This document shows positions 47,148-57,485 of a DNA stretch of 64,000 nucleotides, one piece after another. The stretch is from an uncultured delta proteobacterium. Its GTDB lineage: Bacteria > Myxococcota_A > Polyangia > Polyangiales > JAFGIB01. The notes beneath the pieces were generated by a model, which did not search any database, was not told the origin of the DNA, and saw only the letters and a program-made list of their open reading frames with translations. A program made the position numbers and the translations under genes. The stretch is from the NCBI GenBank assembly GCA_963778655.1, contig CAVZVA010000009.1, positions 512,001 to 576,000 on the forward strand, in the 5' to 3' direction. How positions within the stretch are numbered: position 1 is the stretch's first letter; each line of letters begins with the position of its first letter.

Positions 47148-50100
47148 ATGTCGATCGAACCCGAGCTGTCGGTAGCGTCGTTCGCGCCACAGGGGAACGG
47201 TCTTGCAGCGGCCGATGCGGAGCTGCAGCAGAGCCGCCCGAGACAGCGAGCGCTTTGCCTCGGCGACCTCGTGCTCGACGGGGTTCGTTTCGAGCTTCGG
47301 CGCGGGCAAGAACGGCTTCCGGTCCAGCCCCGGGTCTTGCAGCTGCTGCTTCATCTGGTCGAGCACCGTGACCGTCCGGTCCCCGATGAAGAGCTGCTGC
47401 GCGTGGTGTGGCCCGACGAGTGCGTGACTCGAGCTTCGATCAAGCGTGCCGTCCACGGCGCGCGCAAGGCGCTAGGCGATGACGGCGAGTCGCAGCTGAG
47501 CATCCGCACGGTGAGGGGCCGAGGTTACCAATTCGTGCTTCCGGTCTCGGAGTACGAGCCCCAGCTTTCGGAGCCTCCAGACAGTGCGCCATCTCGAGCG
47601 GCGACAAGCACCCCGCCGCCCAACGCCGGCGCGCCGATGCGGGATGCTTTCGTCGGCCGGCGCAGTGCGCTCGCCATGCTCGAGGCGAGCGCGCGCGACG
47701 CATTCAACGGCCACTGCCGAATGCTGCTGCTGATCGGAGAGCCCGGCATCGGCAAGACACGGACGCTGGTCGAGCTTGGGCATCGAGCGGCAATGGCGGG
47801 CGGAGACACGTGGTTCGGTCATTGCATCGAAGACGAAGGGGCGCCGGCGTTCTGGCCCTGGACTCAAGTTCTGCGCGACTGTGAACGCGATCGCGGTTCG
47901 CGGGACCTGATCGCGTTGATGGGCAAGAGTGTCGCGGACATTGCGGAAGGCATCCCGGAGCTCCGCGAATGGCTGCCGGACCTGCCGCTTGCACCTTCGA
48001 TCGGCGAACAATCGGCGCGCTTTCGCTTCTTCGATGGCGTCGTCGCCTTCCTCAAGCGCGCCGCCGAGCAGCGTCCGATTGCGCTGCTGTTCGACGACCT
48101 CCAGCGCGCGGATCAACCGACTCTGCGCTTGCTCTCATTCGTCGCTCGGAACCTGGACAATTCGCGCGTGCTGATTGCGTGCTCCATGAGACCAATCGCG
48201 TCCCAGCCCGTCGCCGTCCGTGAGTCGATCACGACCTTCATTCAACAGGTCCCCGCCACATACGTCGAGCTCCAGGGTCTGAGCCGGCAGGATGTCGATG
48301 AGTTCCTCGAGCTGCGGGTGGGTCAGCGTGGTCCGGAAGCGGTCGTGGACCAACTGCACCAGCTCACCGGCGGCAGCCCGTTGTTCTTGCAGCAGATCGC
48401 ATACGGCTGGCAGACGAGCGGACGGCTCGATGGCGCCATCGACTGGGGACAGCTGCCTTCGACCACGTACGGCCAAGGTCTGGCCGGCAGCATCGCGCAG
48501 CGCATCGGCGTGATCGCGCCGCCGACGCTTGAGGTATTGCGCGTCGCGGCCGTGCTGGGCTCCGAGTTCAGTGTAGCTCGACTCGCACGGCTGCTTGGGA
48601 CCGGTGCCGCTGTGGTGTTGCCAGAGCTCGGCGCTGCCAAGGCTGCGGGTGTCGTCCGTGAGGTCCCGAACGCGATCGGAACGTTTTGCTTCGCGCACGG
48701 GTTGATCCGCAATGCATTGTACGAGCAGCTTGGTGTCGACGCGCGCGCCGCTCTCCATGGAAAGGCCGGCACCCTGCTCGAGGCTGAGGCGCCTTCCGCG
48801 GACGCCGGCGTGCCGGAGCTGGCGCACCACTTCGCGCAAGCCTGGCCAGCGCACGACGCGGGTAAGGCGCTGCCCTACGCGCTGCGGGCAGCGGAAGCGG
48901 CGACGAGGCGTTTGGCGTACGAGGAAGCAGTCGGCCACCTGGATCGCGCATTGCACATCCACGCGAACGGCGCGGGTGATCCGGAACGGCGCATGCGCCT
49001 GCTGCTAAGCAAGGGCGAGGCGTTGAGTCACGCTGCGGAAGTTGCGCGAGCACGTGCCGCGTTGTTCGACGCGGTCGCGCTAGCCCGGCAGCTGCGCGCC
49101 ACCGACGTAATTGCGCGCGCGGCCAAGCTGATGGCGGTGGTACCCGAGTCCGGAAGCGTGGATTGGGAGCAAATCGGCCTGTTGCGCGAGGCGTTGGGTG
49201 CGATAGCGGCCGACGATCCCGAGCGCCCGTATCTGCTGGCACTGCTCGCGAAATGCAGCACTTACTCGACAGATTCCGCTGCGCGCGAGGCGCTTGCGCT
49301 GACGGCGCTGGAACGTTCCAAACAGATCACGGATCTGCGACTGCGAGCCGAGACGTTGCAACAGTGTCACCGCGCGCTTGCCGAGCCAAAACATCTTGCC
49401 CAGCGCGAGGTCATCGGCGAAGAGCTCGTGTGCCTGGGCCACAAGAGCGGCGATCACATGGCGCTTTGGCATGCCGCCACGGCGCAAGTCCAGAACTGCC
49501 TGGAGCGCGGTGACTTCACCGGCGTCGATCGCGCCATTTCGGTGATCGAGAGTCTCGCCACGCAGATGCGCGAGCCGATGTTTCGCTGGTACCTCGCGGT
49601 CTTTCGCGCCATGCGGCACTACGTCGCAGGCCAGTTTTCGGAAGCCCAAGACCTGGCGCTCAAGGCGTTGGACATGGGCGCCTGCGTCGGCGAAGCGACC
49701 GCGCGTCACGTCTACTGCATGCAGGTCACTGGCTGGTTGCGTGTCTTGGGCCGTACGTCGGAGTGTGAGGTGCTCGTGCGCGAGATGACGCTGCGCTATC
49801 CGGCGTTGAGCGGATGGCGTTTGATGCAGGTCGGGCTCGAGGCCGATCGCGGGCGCAACGAGCCTGCCCGCCGGTTTCTCGCCCAGATCTACGACGATCC
49901 TTCGTTGATGCACGAGCCCTTCACGATGTCGCTGCTGTGCTTTCTGGCGGAGTTGGGCAGCTACTTCGGCAGCCCCGAGATGACTCGCTGGCTGTACGAG
50001 CTCATGCTTCCCTACGCCGAGCTGTGGGGAAATTGCGGATTCGGTCTCAACACCTATGGTCCGATCGGACGCCAGCTTGGCGCGCTCGCGATCCGTATCG

Positions 50101-50378
50101 GTGATCTCGATGCGGCAGACAGCCACCTCGAAGCAGCACTATCGAGCTGCGAGGCCGCGAGGTCGTCCACCTTCACTAGCTTGACCTGCCTCGTCTATGC
50201 GCGGGCCCTGATCAAGCGGCAGACACCGGCGGCACGGCGATGCGCGCAGGAGATGCTGGTCCGATCCGAGGAGCTGAATCGCCCGCAAGGTTGGAACGGC
50301 AACTCGACCCACGCGCGCTTCATCGCATGGCGCGCCGGCCTTACGCTGCCCGACATGGGCCATGGGAAGGCTCAGTAG
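47148..50378 (+). CDS. OmpR-type winged helix + AAA (STAND) ATPase + TPR transcriptional regulator
   Basis: VQPRVLQLL..IRTVRGRGYQF; FVGR, GEPGIGKT (Walker A), LLFDDLQRAD (Walker B), TGGSPLFL, FAHGLIR. Confidence 0.9.
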   Translation: MSIEPELSVASFAPQGNGLAAADAELQQSRPRQRALCLGDLVLDGVRFELRRGQERLPVQPRVLQLLLHLVEHRDRPVPDEELLRVVWPDECVTRASIKRAVHGARKALGDDGESQLSIRTVRGRGYQFVLPVSEYEPQLSEPPDSAPSRAATSTPPPNAGAPMRDAFVGRRSALAMLEASARDAFNGHCRMLLLIGEPGIGKTRTLVELGHRAAMAGGDTWFGHCIEDEGAPAFWPWTQVLRDCERDRGSRDLIALMGKSVADIAEGIPELREWLPDLPLAPSIGEQSARFRFFDGVVAFLKRAAEQRPIALLFDDLQRADQPTLRLLSFVARNLDNSRVLIACSMRPIASQPVAVRESITTFIQQVPATYVELQGLSRQDVDEFLELRVGQRGPEAVVDQLHQLTGGSPLFLQQIAYGWQTSGRLDGAIDWGQLPSTTYGQGLAGSIAQRIGVIAPPTLEVLRVAAVLGSEFSVARLARLLGTGAAVVLPELGAAKAAGVVREVPNAIGTFCFAHGLIRNALYEQLGVDARAALHGKAGTLLEAEAPSADAGVPELAHHFAQAWPAHDAGKALPYALRAAEAATRRLAYEEAVGHLDRALHIHANGAGDPERRMRLLLSKGEALSHAAEVARARAALFDAVALARQLRATDVIARAAKLMAVVPESGSVDWEQIGLLREALGAIAADDPERPYLLALLAKCSTYSTDSAAREALALTALERSKQITDLRLRAETLQQCHRALAEPKHLAQREVIGEELVCLGHKSGDHMALWHAATAQVQNCLERGDFTGVDRAISVIESLATQMREPMFRWYLAVFRAMRHYVAGQFSEAQDLALKALDMGACVGEATARHVYCMQVTGWLRVLGRTSECEVLVREMTLRYPALSGWRLMQVGLEADRGRNEPARRFLAQIYDDPSLMHEPFTMSLLCFLAELGSYFGSPEMTRWLYELMLPYAELWGNCGFGLNTYGPIGRQLGALAIRIGDLDAADSHLEAALSSCEAARSSTFTSLTCLVYARALIKRQTPAARRCAQEMLVRSEELNRPQGWNGNSTHARFIAWRAGLTLPDMGHGKAQ

Positions 50379-50489
50379 TCGGTGAAGGCTCATCCAAGCG
50401 AGATCACCGCAGGGGAACGGCGGCAGTCAGGCCCACCGATCGTGCGGGCGTGACTTGAGGGCAGCTGACGCGTCTGCTACGCCGCGAGG

Positions 50490-51314
50490 ATGCTTCCCGA
50501 GGAATTCGCCGTTGCCGGTAAGGTCATGCTGGTCACTGGGGCGGGCCGAGGAATCGGCAGCGGGATCGCCGAGGTGTTGGCCGAGGCGGGCGCGATCGTG
50601 GCGCTCAACGCCCTGACCCCGACGTTTGCCGAGGCGACCGCGAAGGGCATCCGCGACCGGCCGGCGCAGCGCGCAGACGGCCGCCACGCGACCGCGGCGG
50701 GCGCGGTCGAGGTATTCACCGGCGATGTCACCCAAACCGCAGGTGCCGAGGCCCTGGTGCAGCGGGTGCTGGAGCGCTTTGGGCGGATCGACGTGCTGGT
50801 CAACAACCTGGGCGACGCGATTACGAAGCCGCTGGTGGCCCTGCCGGAGACCCGCACCCAAACCATCGACGACGAGGGTCTGCAACGCATCCTCGATCTC
50901 AACCTCATGGCGACTCTGCGCTGCACGCGCGCGGTGGGGCCGCACTTTCTCGCTCGCCGCTCGGGCAAGGTGATCAACATCGCCTCGTACACGGTGGCGC
51001 GCGGCGCCCCACGCGTGGTGCTGTATACGGCCGCCAAGGCCGCCGTCGTGGGGTTCACCCGCGCCCAGGCGCTCGAGTGGGCCCGCTACAACGTTCAGGT
51101 CAACGCCATCGCGCCGGGGCTCTACCCCGAGCCGCGCACCCTGGGCGAGCAGGCGGCCGAGGCGGCCGAGCAGTACGCGGCTCGCAGCGTGCCGCTCGGC
51201 AGGGGCGGGCGCCTGCGCGAGGTGGGTCTGCTGGCCCTGTACCTGGCGTCGGCCGCCTCCGACTACATGACCGGCCAGACGCTGTACCTCGACGGCGGGG
51301 CCTCGATCGCCTGA
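50490..51314 (+). CDS. SDR family oxidoreductase
   Basis: TGAGRGIG, NNLG, YTAAK, YMTGQTLYLDGG. Confidence 0.9.
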   Translation: MLPEEFAVAGKVMLVTGAGRGIGSGIAEVLAEAGAIVALNALTPTFAEATAKGIRDRPAQRADGRHATAAGAVEVFTGDVTQTAGAEALVQRVLERFGRIDVLVNNLGDAITKPLVALPETRTQTIDDEGLQRILDLNLMATLRCTRAVGPHFLARRSGKVINIASYTVARGAPRVVLYTAAKAAVVGFTRAQALEWARYNVQVNAIAPGLYPEPRTLGEQAAEAAEQYAARSVPLGRGGRLREVGLLALYLASAASDYMTGQTLYLDGGASIA

Positions 51315-51343
51315 CGAACCGGCGGGCCCCGGTGGACGAGAGC

Positions 51344-52558
51344 CTACTCTTCGAGGACGTCACGGCCGGGCTCGAGCGTGATGCGCTCGATGAACCCCGT
51401 GAGCGGAACCACCCCGTCCGGGCCTGGAATAGGGCGCCCCGGCGTGCCCATGCCTTCGGCTACGTAGAGGACGGTGTGCCTGTGCTCCCCGAAGCCCAAG
51501 TGGCCCAACGCCAGGTTGGTCGGCGCATCCAGTCCGGTTGCGATCAGCGTGACCCGCCGGTGCATGCGATCGACGCGCAGCAGTCTGCCGGAAAAGCGTC
51601 TGAACCCGCCGTGGCTCGGCCCCGCCAGCAGCGCCGCGCGCGCCGGTACCGAATCGACGGAGGCGTCGCAGAGCTCGAGCACGTAGATCGAGGCTTCGCT
51701 GGTGATCACAAAGCCGGTCGGAGCGGTCAGCCCCCGCACCGTCCACGAGAAGCGCTTGGCGGCAGGGTCCACGCTGATGATGCCGCCTGCACGCGGGATG
51801 AGCGCCATCCCACGGCCGCTCTTTTCGCCTTGCGGCGATCCGCTGAACAGGCTGACGAGCATCTGCCCATTGAGCACGTCGTACTGGATGTAGCCGGGCA
51901 GGGGATCGAGTCCACCCGGCAGGGGCGGAATCTCAAGCACCCGTTCGGCGTCCCCGCCGGGTCGCAAGCGCACGACCTCGTCGGTGTTGGTCGCGACTGC
52001 GAACCACTGCCGCGAATGCGGCTCGTAGGCGAGGTCGTTGATGTCACCGCTTGTCTTTCCCCATACGCTGGCCGCGTCGCCCTCGACTCGAAACAAGGTC
52101 GATGGCCCATCAAAGAAGGCGAGCGCGGCCAGCACGGTGTCACCACCGCGCGCTATGCCCGCCATTCCGAACACCTCGTCGCGGTGCACGACTTCGAGCA
52201 TGTTCTTGGAAGGCTGCTGATCGAGCAGCACTTTGCGTTCGCCCTCGTCGAGAAAGTCGCCATCACCATCGCGATCGGTCAGGTGCGAGAGCGTGCCCGA
52301 GAGCGGGGCGTCGGGCGCGCCGCTGCCAGCTTCGGACACCAGCAGCGATCCATCCGACAAGACCAACATTCCGCGCGGATTGCTCAGTCCGCGCGCGACG
52401 ACCGTCCGTTGGAGCAGGGCCAGCGGGAACTCTCTGGGAATCTGGAGGGAAGCCGTGGTGTCGAACGGCGGTATGGCGTTCGCAGCCTGCGGCTGCGGCG
52501 CAGCGGCGCTCGCACAGCCGGCAAGCGCGACGAGCATGACTGAGAGCAAACGAAGCAC
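51344..52558 (-). CDS. ScyD/ScyE-like beta-propeller lipoprotein
   Basis: Lipobox LAGC; VARGLSNPRG..LVSEAGSG, GLTAPT, ATGLDAPT; DRDGDGD loop. Confidence 0.65.
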   Translation of the reverse strand: MLRLLSVMLVALAGCASAAAPQPQAANAIPPFDTTASLQIPREFPLALLQRTVVARGLSNPRGMLVLSDGSLLVSEAGSGAPDAPLSGTLSHLTDRDGDGDFLDEGERKVLLDQQPSKNMLEVVHRDEVFGMAGIARGGDTVLAALAFFDGPSTLFRVEGDAASVWGKTSGDINDLAYEPHSRQWFAVATNTDEVVRLRPGGDAERVLEIPPLPGGLDPLPGYIQYDVLNGQMLVSLFSGSPQGEKSGRGMALIPRAGGIISVDPAAKRFSWTVRGLTAPTGFVITSEASIYVLELCDASVDSVPARAALLAGPSHGGFRRFSGRLLRVDRMHRRVTLIATGLDAPTNLALGHLGFGEHRHTVLYVAEGMGTPGRPIPGPDGVVPLTGFIERITLEPGRDVLEE

Positions 52559-52683
52559 GACGCCTCGACGCGAGGAAGTGGGTGCACGGTAGTCGCGCGG
52601 CCAGGGTGCGGTCAAGCGCGCGAGCGCGTGAAGTCGAGCCCGCCTTCCCCCGCGGCGTACTGGTCGGCGAGCGGGCCTACGAA

Positions 52684-53529
52684 TCAGCGACCTTTGAAGT
52701 CGGCGGCGCGTTTCTGCATGAAGGACAGCATGCCCTCGCGCGCGTCCTCGGTGCGCATCAGGGTCAGGAACTGCGAGTACACGTGATCGACGTGATCGCC
52801 GAAGGTCTGCTCGAGGCCGGCCCGCATCAATCGCTTGGCCGACTGCACCGCGAGCGGGGCGTTTTGGGCGATCTCGGTCGCCAAGGCGCGCGCCCGTGGC
52901 ATCAGCTCGGCGTCTGGGACGACGTACGAGGTGAGGCCGAGCGCCAGGCACTCTTGGGCAGACAGCGTGCGCCCGCTGAAGATGATCTCGGCCGCCTTCG
53001 ACCAACCGACGAGGCGTGGCAAATACCACGTGCCGCCCGACTCGGGCACGATGCCGCGTTTGACGAACGCCGGCGCGAGCTTGGCGCTCTCGGTCATGAT
53101 GCGAATGTCGCAGCCGAGCGCAGTATCCATGCCGTAACCGGCCGCGCCGCCGTTGATCGCGCAGATCGTCGGCTTGTCCATTTCGAAGAGCACCTTGGGC
53201 GGCGCGTTCTTGGGCAGCGCCACGTTGACCGGCGCGCTCGTGCCGCCAGAGCCTATCTGGGCGCTGTTCGGCGTTGCGCTCGTGGCCCCCGCGAGGTCGA
53301 GCCCGGCGCAGAAGGCACGGCCTGTGGCGGTCAGGATCACGACGCGCACCTCGGGATCCGCGTCCGCGCGCAGGAGGCACGTCGAGAGCTCCGCGAGCAT
53401 TGGCCGTGAGATCGTGTTCATGCGCTGCGGGCGGTTGAGTGTGATGCTGGCGATGCCGAGGTCCACTGCGTACAGAACATGCGGCGACTCCGTGCCCGCC
53501 GCCTCTCGGCCCATTCGTGCTTCGGTCAT
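52684..53529 (-). CDS. Enoyl-CoA hydratase/isomerase
   Basis: ITLNRP, AFCAGLDL, AINGGAAGYG, CDIRI, EDAREG. Confidence 0.92.
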   Translation of the reverse strand: MTEARMGREAAGTESPHVLYAVDLGIASITLNRPQRMNTISRPMLAELSTCLLRADADPEVRVVILTATGRAFCAGLDLAGATSATPNSAQIGSGGTSAPVNVALPKNAPPKVLFEMDKPTICAINGGAAGYGMDTALGCDIRIMTESAKLAPAFVKRGIVPESGGTWYLPRLVGWSKAAEIIFSGRTLSAQECLALGLTSYVVPDAELMPRARALATEIAQNAPLAVQSAKRLMRAGLEQTFGDHVDHVYSQFLTLMRTEDAREGMLSFMQKRAADFKGR

Positions 53530-53551
53530 AATGGTCGCTCCGTGTGTGGCG

Positions 53552-54991
53552 TCAGGCGTGGTAGATGCTCGTACCCTTGGGCAGGCGCCGGGCGACGCCG
53601 CTCGCGCGTGCGGCGCGCGCGACCTCGGTCGCGACCTGCTTGGCGACGCGGCGGTTGAACACGCTCGGCACGATGTAATCGGCAGCGAGCTCGTGGTCGT
53701 CGACCAGCGAGGCGATCGCCTCTGCCGCAGCGCGCATCATCTCGGGGTTGATGGTGCGTGCGCGCGCGTCGAGCGCGCCGCGGAAGATGCCGGGGAATGC
53801 CAGCACGTTGTTGATCTGGTTCGGGTAGTCGCTACGGCCAGTAGCGAGCACCGCCGCGATCTTGATCGCCGCTTCGGGCGCCACCTCCGGAATCGGGTTG
53901 GCGAGCGCAAAGATCAGCGGCTGCTTGCCCATCTTCTTCAGGTCCGCGCCGGTCAGTAGGTTGGGAGCCGAGACGCCGAGAAACATGTCGGCGCCCTTGA
54001 GCACGCGCTTGAGCGGTCCGCGCTCGCGCTCCTTGTTGGTATGCTCTGCCAGCCAACGCTTGCTGGCGTTGTCGCCGAGATCGCGGCCCGCGTGGATTGC
54101 GCCCTCGCGGTCACACGCCACGATGTGTCTGACGCCGTAGTCGAGCAACATCTTCGCGCACGCCGTCCCCGCCGCGCCTGCGCCGGCGATCACCAGCTTG
54201 ACGTCCTTCGGCTTCTTGCCGGTCAGGCGCAGCGAGTTGATGAAGCCGGCCAGCACTACCACCGCCGTGCCGTGCTGGTCGTCGTGGAACACCGGAATGT
54301 CGAGCGTCGCCTGCAACCGCTGCTCGACCTCGAAGCAGCGGGGCGCCGAAATGTCTTCCAGGTTGATTCCGCCGAAGCTGGGTGCGACGCGCTGCACGAT
54401 GCTGATGATCTCTTCCGGATCCTGGGTGTCGAGGCACAGGGGAAACGCGTCCACGCCGCCGAATTCCTTGAACAGGACGGCCTTGCCTTCCATCACCGGC
54501 ATGGCAGCGAGAGGCCCCAGGTTGCCGAGCCCGAGCACCGCGCTGCCGTCCGAGACTACCGCGATGCAGTTGTGGCGAATGGTCAGATTGTGCGCGATGC
54601 GCGGATCCTTGGCGATCGCCCGGCACACGCGCGCCACCCCGGGCGTGTATGCCATCGACAGATCGGCGCGCGTCTTGAGCGGGACGCGCGAGCGGATCTC
54701 GAGCTTGCCGCCGAGGTGCAGGCGAAACGTCTCGTCAGAGACCGATTGCACGGTCACACCGCGCGTGCGCTTCATCGCCGCGACGATCTGCTCGGCGTGC
54801 TCGGGCGAGCTGCACTCGACCGTGTAGTCGCGCACGCTCAGCCCGCGATGGATGTGTACCAGGTCGATCGCCTGGATCACGCCGCCGTTGCGGGCGATCA
54901 GGCTGCTCAGCTTCGCGATCCAGCCGCTCTTGTGGGGGTACTCGACACGCATCGTGACGGAGTACTGCGCGCTCGGGATGGGCTTTGTCAT
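53552..54991 (-). CDS. NAD(P)-dependent malic enzyme with N-terminal ACT domain
   Basis: LSMAYTPGVA, VMEGKA, NLEDI, FHDDQHGT, GAGAAG, TGRSDYPNQINN. Confidence 0.93.
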   Translation of the reverse strand: MTKPIPSAQYSVTMRVEYPHKSGWIAKLSSLIARNGGVIQAIDLVHIHRGLSVRDYTVECSSPEHAEQIVAAMKRTRGVTVQSVSDETFRLHLGGKLEIRSRVPLKTRADLSMAYTPGVARVCRAIAKDPRIAHNLTIRHNCIAVVSDGSAVLGLGNLGPLAAMPVMEGKAVLFKEFGGVDAFPLCLDTQDPEEIISIVQRVAPSFGGINLEDISAPRCFEVEQRLQATLDIPVFHDDQHGTAVVVLAGFINSLRLTGKKPKDVKLVIAGAGAAGTACAKMLLDYGVRHIVACDREGAIHAGRDLGDNASKRWLAEHTNKERERGPLKRVLKGADMFLGVSAPNLLTGADLKKMGKQPLIFALANPIPEVAPEAAIKIAAVLATGRSDYPNQINNVLAFPGIFRGALDARARTINPEMMRAAAEAIASLVDDHELAADYIVPSVFNRRVAKQVATEVARAARASGVARRLPKGTSIYHA

Positions 54992-55208
54992 GACCGCGCG
55001 AGGCTACGCTTGTTGTCAGCGTCGATCCACAGCCGCCGCTGCGAATGGGACGATGTGGGAGTTGCGCCGACGCAACGCAGCCGAGCGATTTCACGCTGCC
55101 ACCCCTTCCCCTCTTGCGGGCACGCCGCGTCTTGCCGGCACGTCTTGCCGGCCGTCTTTTCGGCATGTCTGCTGAGCCGATCGGGCGCGCTCGCGGTACC
55201 GATTTGCC

Positions 55209-56972
55209 ATGCTGGAGAGGCGTTCGGCTCGGGCGATCGTGGTCGCGGTGGCAACGCTGGGGATGGCGTGCGCCGGGGGGCGCTCGGCGTCGGGCGATGG
55301 ATCGGCGGCGGGCGGCGCAAGCGCGGCAACCGAGGCCGGAGCGCAAGGCGGTGGCGCTGCCACGGGCGGAGGCGGAGCGCCCGCCGGCGCGGGCCCCACA
55401 GGCGGTGGCTCCGCTGGCACCGGTGGCAGCGGCGGCTCAGCAGCTGGCGGCGGGACGGCGGGTGCCACGGGTGGGGGCGCCGCGGGCGTCGACGGGGGCA
55501 CTGCCGGCTCGGACGGCGGCGCGGCCTGCTCGATGGCGACCGAGGTCTCGCTCAACGACAGCGTCACCGGCAGCGGTCTCGATCAGCTCGACTACCAGGG
55601 TGACTGGTCGATTTCGGCCGGCGCCGGCAAGTACCAGAACGATGATCACTACACCTCGAGCACGGGCGCGTCGGTCCGGCTACGGTTCGAAGGACAACGC
55701 GTCTCGCTGCGCGCGGCGAGAGCCTCGCACCACGGCATCGCGGAGGTGAGCCTCGACGGTGCGGGGCCCGAGGACGTCGACCTGTACGCCGCGCAGCGCG
55801 CGGACGACGTCGAGGTCTGGAGCCGCGGTGGCTTGTCGGCGGGCGAGCACGTGCTGCAAGTTGCGGCGTCCGGCCGCAGCAACTCCGCCTCCAGCGGGAC
55901 CACGATCGCGATCGATCGCGTGGTCGTCACGCCCACCGACTGCGGCGGGGGCTCGGGCGGCAGCGGGGGCTCGGGCGGCAGCGGGGGCTCGGGCGGCAGC
56001 GGGGGCTCGGGCGGCAGCGGCGCAACGGGCGGGAGCTCCGGCGCCACGGCGACACGCCCCAGCTACAACACCGGCTCCGGCTTCTTCGTGGTCGGCGACA
56101 AGCTCTACGACAGCAATGGCGCCGAGCTGCGCATCCGCGGCGTCAACAAGCTGCACTGGGATGCCGACTCGCCCGGCATCCCGAGCACTCACGCCAACAC
56201 CGTACGCTGGGACATCGATTTCTCGCGCTCGGCCGCCTCCAACGTGGCGCTGGTGCAGCAGTCGATCGACGACCACATGGTGCCGATGCCCGGCAACTGG
56301 GAGGGCACCTGCGACGAGAATACCTCGACCTTGACCGGCATCGTCGATACCTGGGTGGCGCAGGCCGCGTCATGGAAGACGCTCGAGCCCTATATGATCC
56401 TCAACGTCGCCAACGAGTGGGGACCCTCGGGCACGGCCTGGCGCGACGCCTACATCACCGCGATCGGCCGCCTGCGCGACGCCGGCTACCTGTGCACAAT
56501 CGCGATCGATTCCGGCGGCTGTGGCCAGGACAACGACGACCTGGCCAACTATGCACAGGCCGTGTTCGACAGCGATCCCCAGAAGAACGTGATCTTCTCG
56601 CAGCACATCTACGGCAACTGGGCGGGCGCCGGCGGCGAGTCGTGGCAGACCCAACTCGACCAGGGGCTCGACCGACTGGTCGCGACCGGCTTGCCGATGA
56701 TCGTAGGCGAGTTCGGTCCGGGCCGCGGCATCGGCCCCTCGCCCACCGATCTGACGCCGCTCGAGATCATGCAGGCGTGCGAGGCGCGCGGGCTAGGCTG
56801 GCTGGCCTGGGCCTGGGACGATCCGGCGAGCAACGCCGACGACACCTGGTTCGCGCTGTCCAAGAACGGTCGCTACGACTCGAGCAACGACCTGACCATG
56901 TTTGGCAAGGTCGTGGTCGAAGACCCGAGCTACGGGCTGCTCGCGCTCGCCAAGCCGGCGACGATCTTCTGA
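55209..56972 (+). CDS. Glycoside hydrolase family 5 lipoprotein (mannanase-like) with N-terminal beta-sandwich domain
   Basis: Lipobox GMAC; NVANEW (acid/base Glu), HIY, IVGEFG (nucleophile Glu), GWLAWAW; GGSGGS linker. Confidence 0.85.
   Translation: MLERRSARAIVVAVATLGMACAGGRSASGDGSAAGGASAATEAGAQGGGAATGGGGAPAGAGPTGGGSAGTGGSGGSAAGGGTAGATGGGAAGVDGGTAGSDGGAACSMATEVSLNDSVTGSGLDQLDYQGDWSISAGAGKYQNDDHYTSSTGASVRLRFEGQRVSLRAARASHHGIAEVSLDGAGPEDVDLYAAQRADDVEVWSRGGLSAGEHVLQVAASGRSNSASSGTTIAIDRVVVTPTDCGGGSGGSGGSGGSGGSGGSGGSGGSGATGGSSGATATRPSYNTGSGFFVVGDKLYDSNGAELRIRGVNKLHWDADSPGIPSTHANTVRWDIDFSRSAASNVALVQQSIDDHMVPMPGNWEGTCDENTSTLTGIVDTWVAQAASWKTLEPYMILNVANEWGPSGTAWRDAYITAIGRLRDAGYLCTIAIDSGGCGQDNDDLANYAQAVFDSDPQKNVIFSQHIYGNWAGAGGESWQTQLDQGLDRLVATGLPMIVGEFGPGRGIGPSPTDLTPLEIMQACEARGLGWLAWAWDDPASNADDTWFALSKNGRYDSSNDLTMFGKVVVEDPSYGLLALAKPATIF
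55946..56020 (+). repeat. 18-bp coding tandem repeat (GGSGGS), about 4 copies
   Basis: GGGGGCTCGGGCGGCAGC units. Confidence 0.85.
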
Positions 56973-57048
56973 CTCGGGCGATTACTCACAGCCCGCACGA
57001 AGCGGACGAGATCCCCGCGATTCTGGACCGCGGAACGACTCGGCACGG

Positions 57049-57387
57049 CTATGGCTCGACGTAGCGCCACAGGCCGGCGCCCCAGTTGGCGGTGACGATG
57101 ACGGTGTGATTGCCGTCGCGGATCACCGCGGCCCGTGCGGGGCCGATGGTCATCGCGGCCGGAGTGCCGGGCATGCTCCATGCGCCCGTCCCCGGCTGCG
57201 CGGCCAGCTCGAGGCTCGGGTCCAGCATGCCGCCCAGGCCCACCGCGCCGCTGTTCATGGCGTTGACACTCTTCGCTGTGCCGAAGACCGTGGCCTCGTT
57301 GGCCGTGCCGCCGATGTGGCTCCAGGTTTGTCCGTAGTCCGCGCTGCGCAGCACACCCCAGCCGAGCGCCGAGTAGGCGCCGGCCAT
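57049..57387 (-). pseudogene. C-terminal fragment of a BNR/Asp-box beta-propeller protein
   Basis: GVLRSADYGQTW Asp-box and GLWRYVEP terminus; only 112 aa, no signal peptide. Confidence 0.55.
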
Positions 57388-57485
57388 GTAGTGACCACAC
57401 AGATCGGGTTGGCGCGGTCGAAGTCGATGAACCAGACGATCCTGGATCTCCGCTTCGTTCGCGCTCGGGTCAGGCGCGCAGCGCG

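Noticed and set aside
51344..53380. 678-aa ORF as a single protein
   Set aside because: 5' part is an off-frame overlap of the enoyl-CoA hydratase; a credible signal peptide starts near 52558
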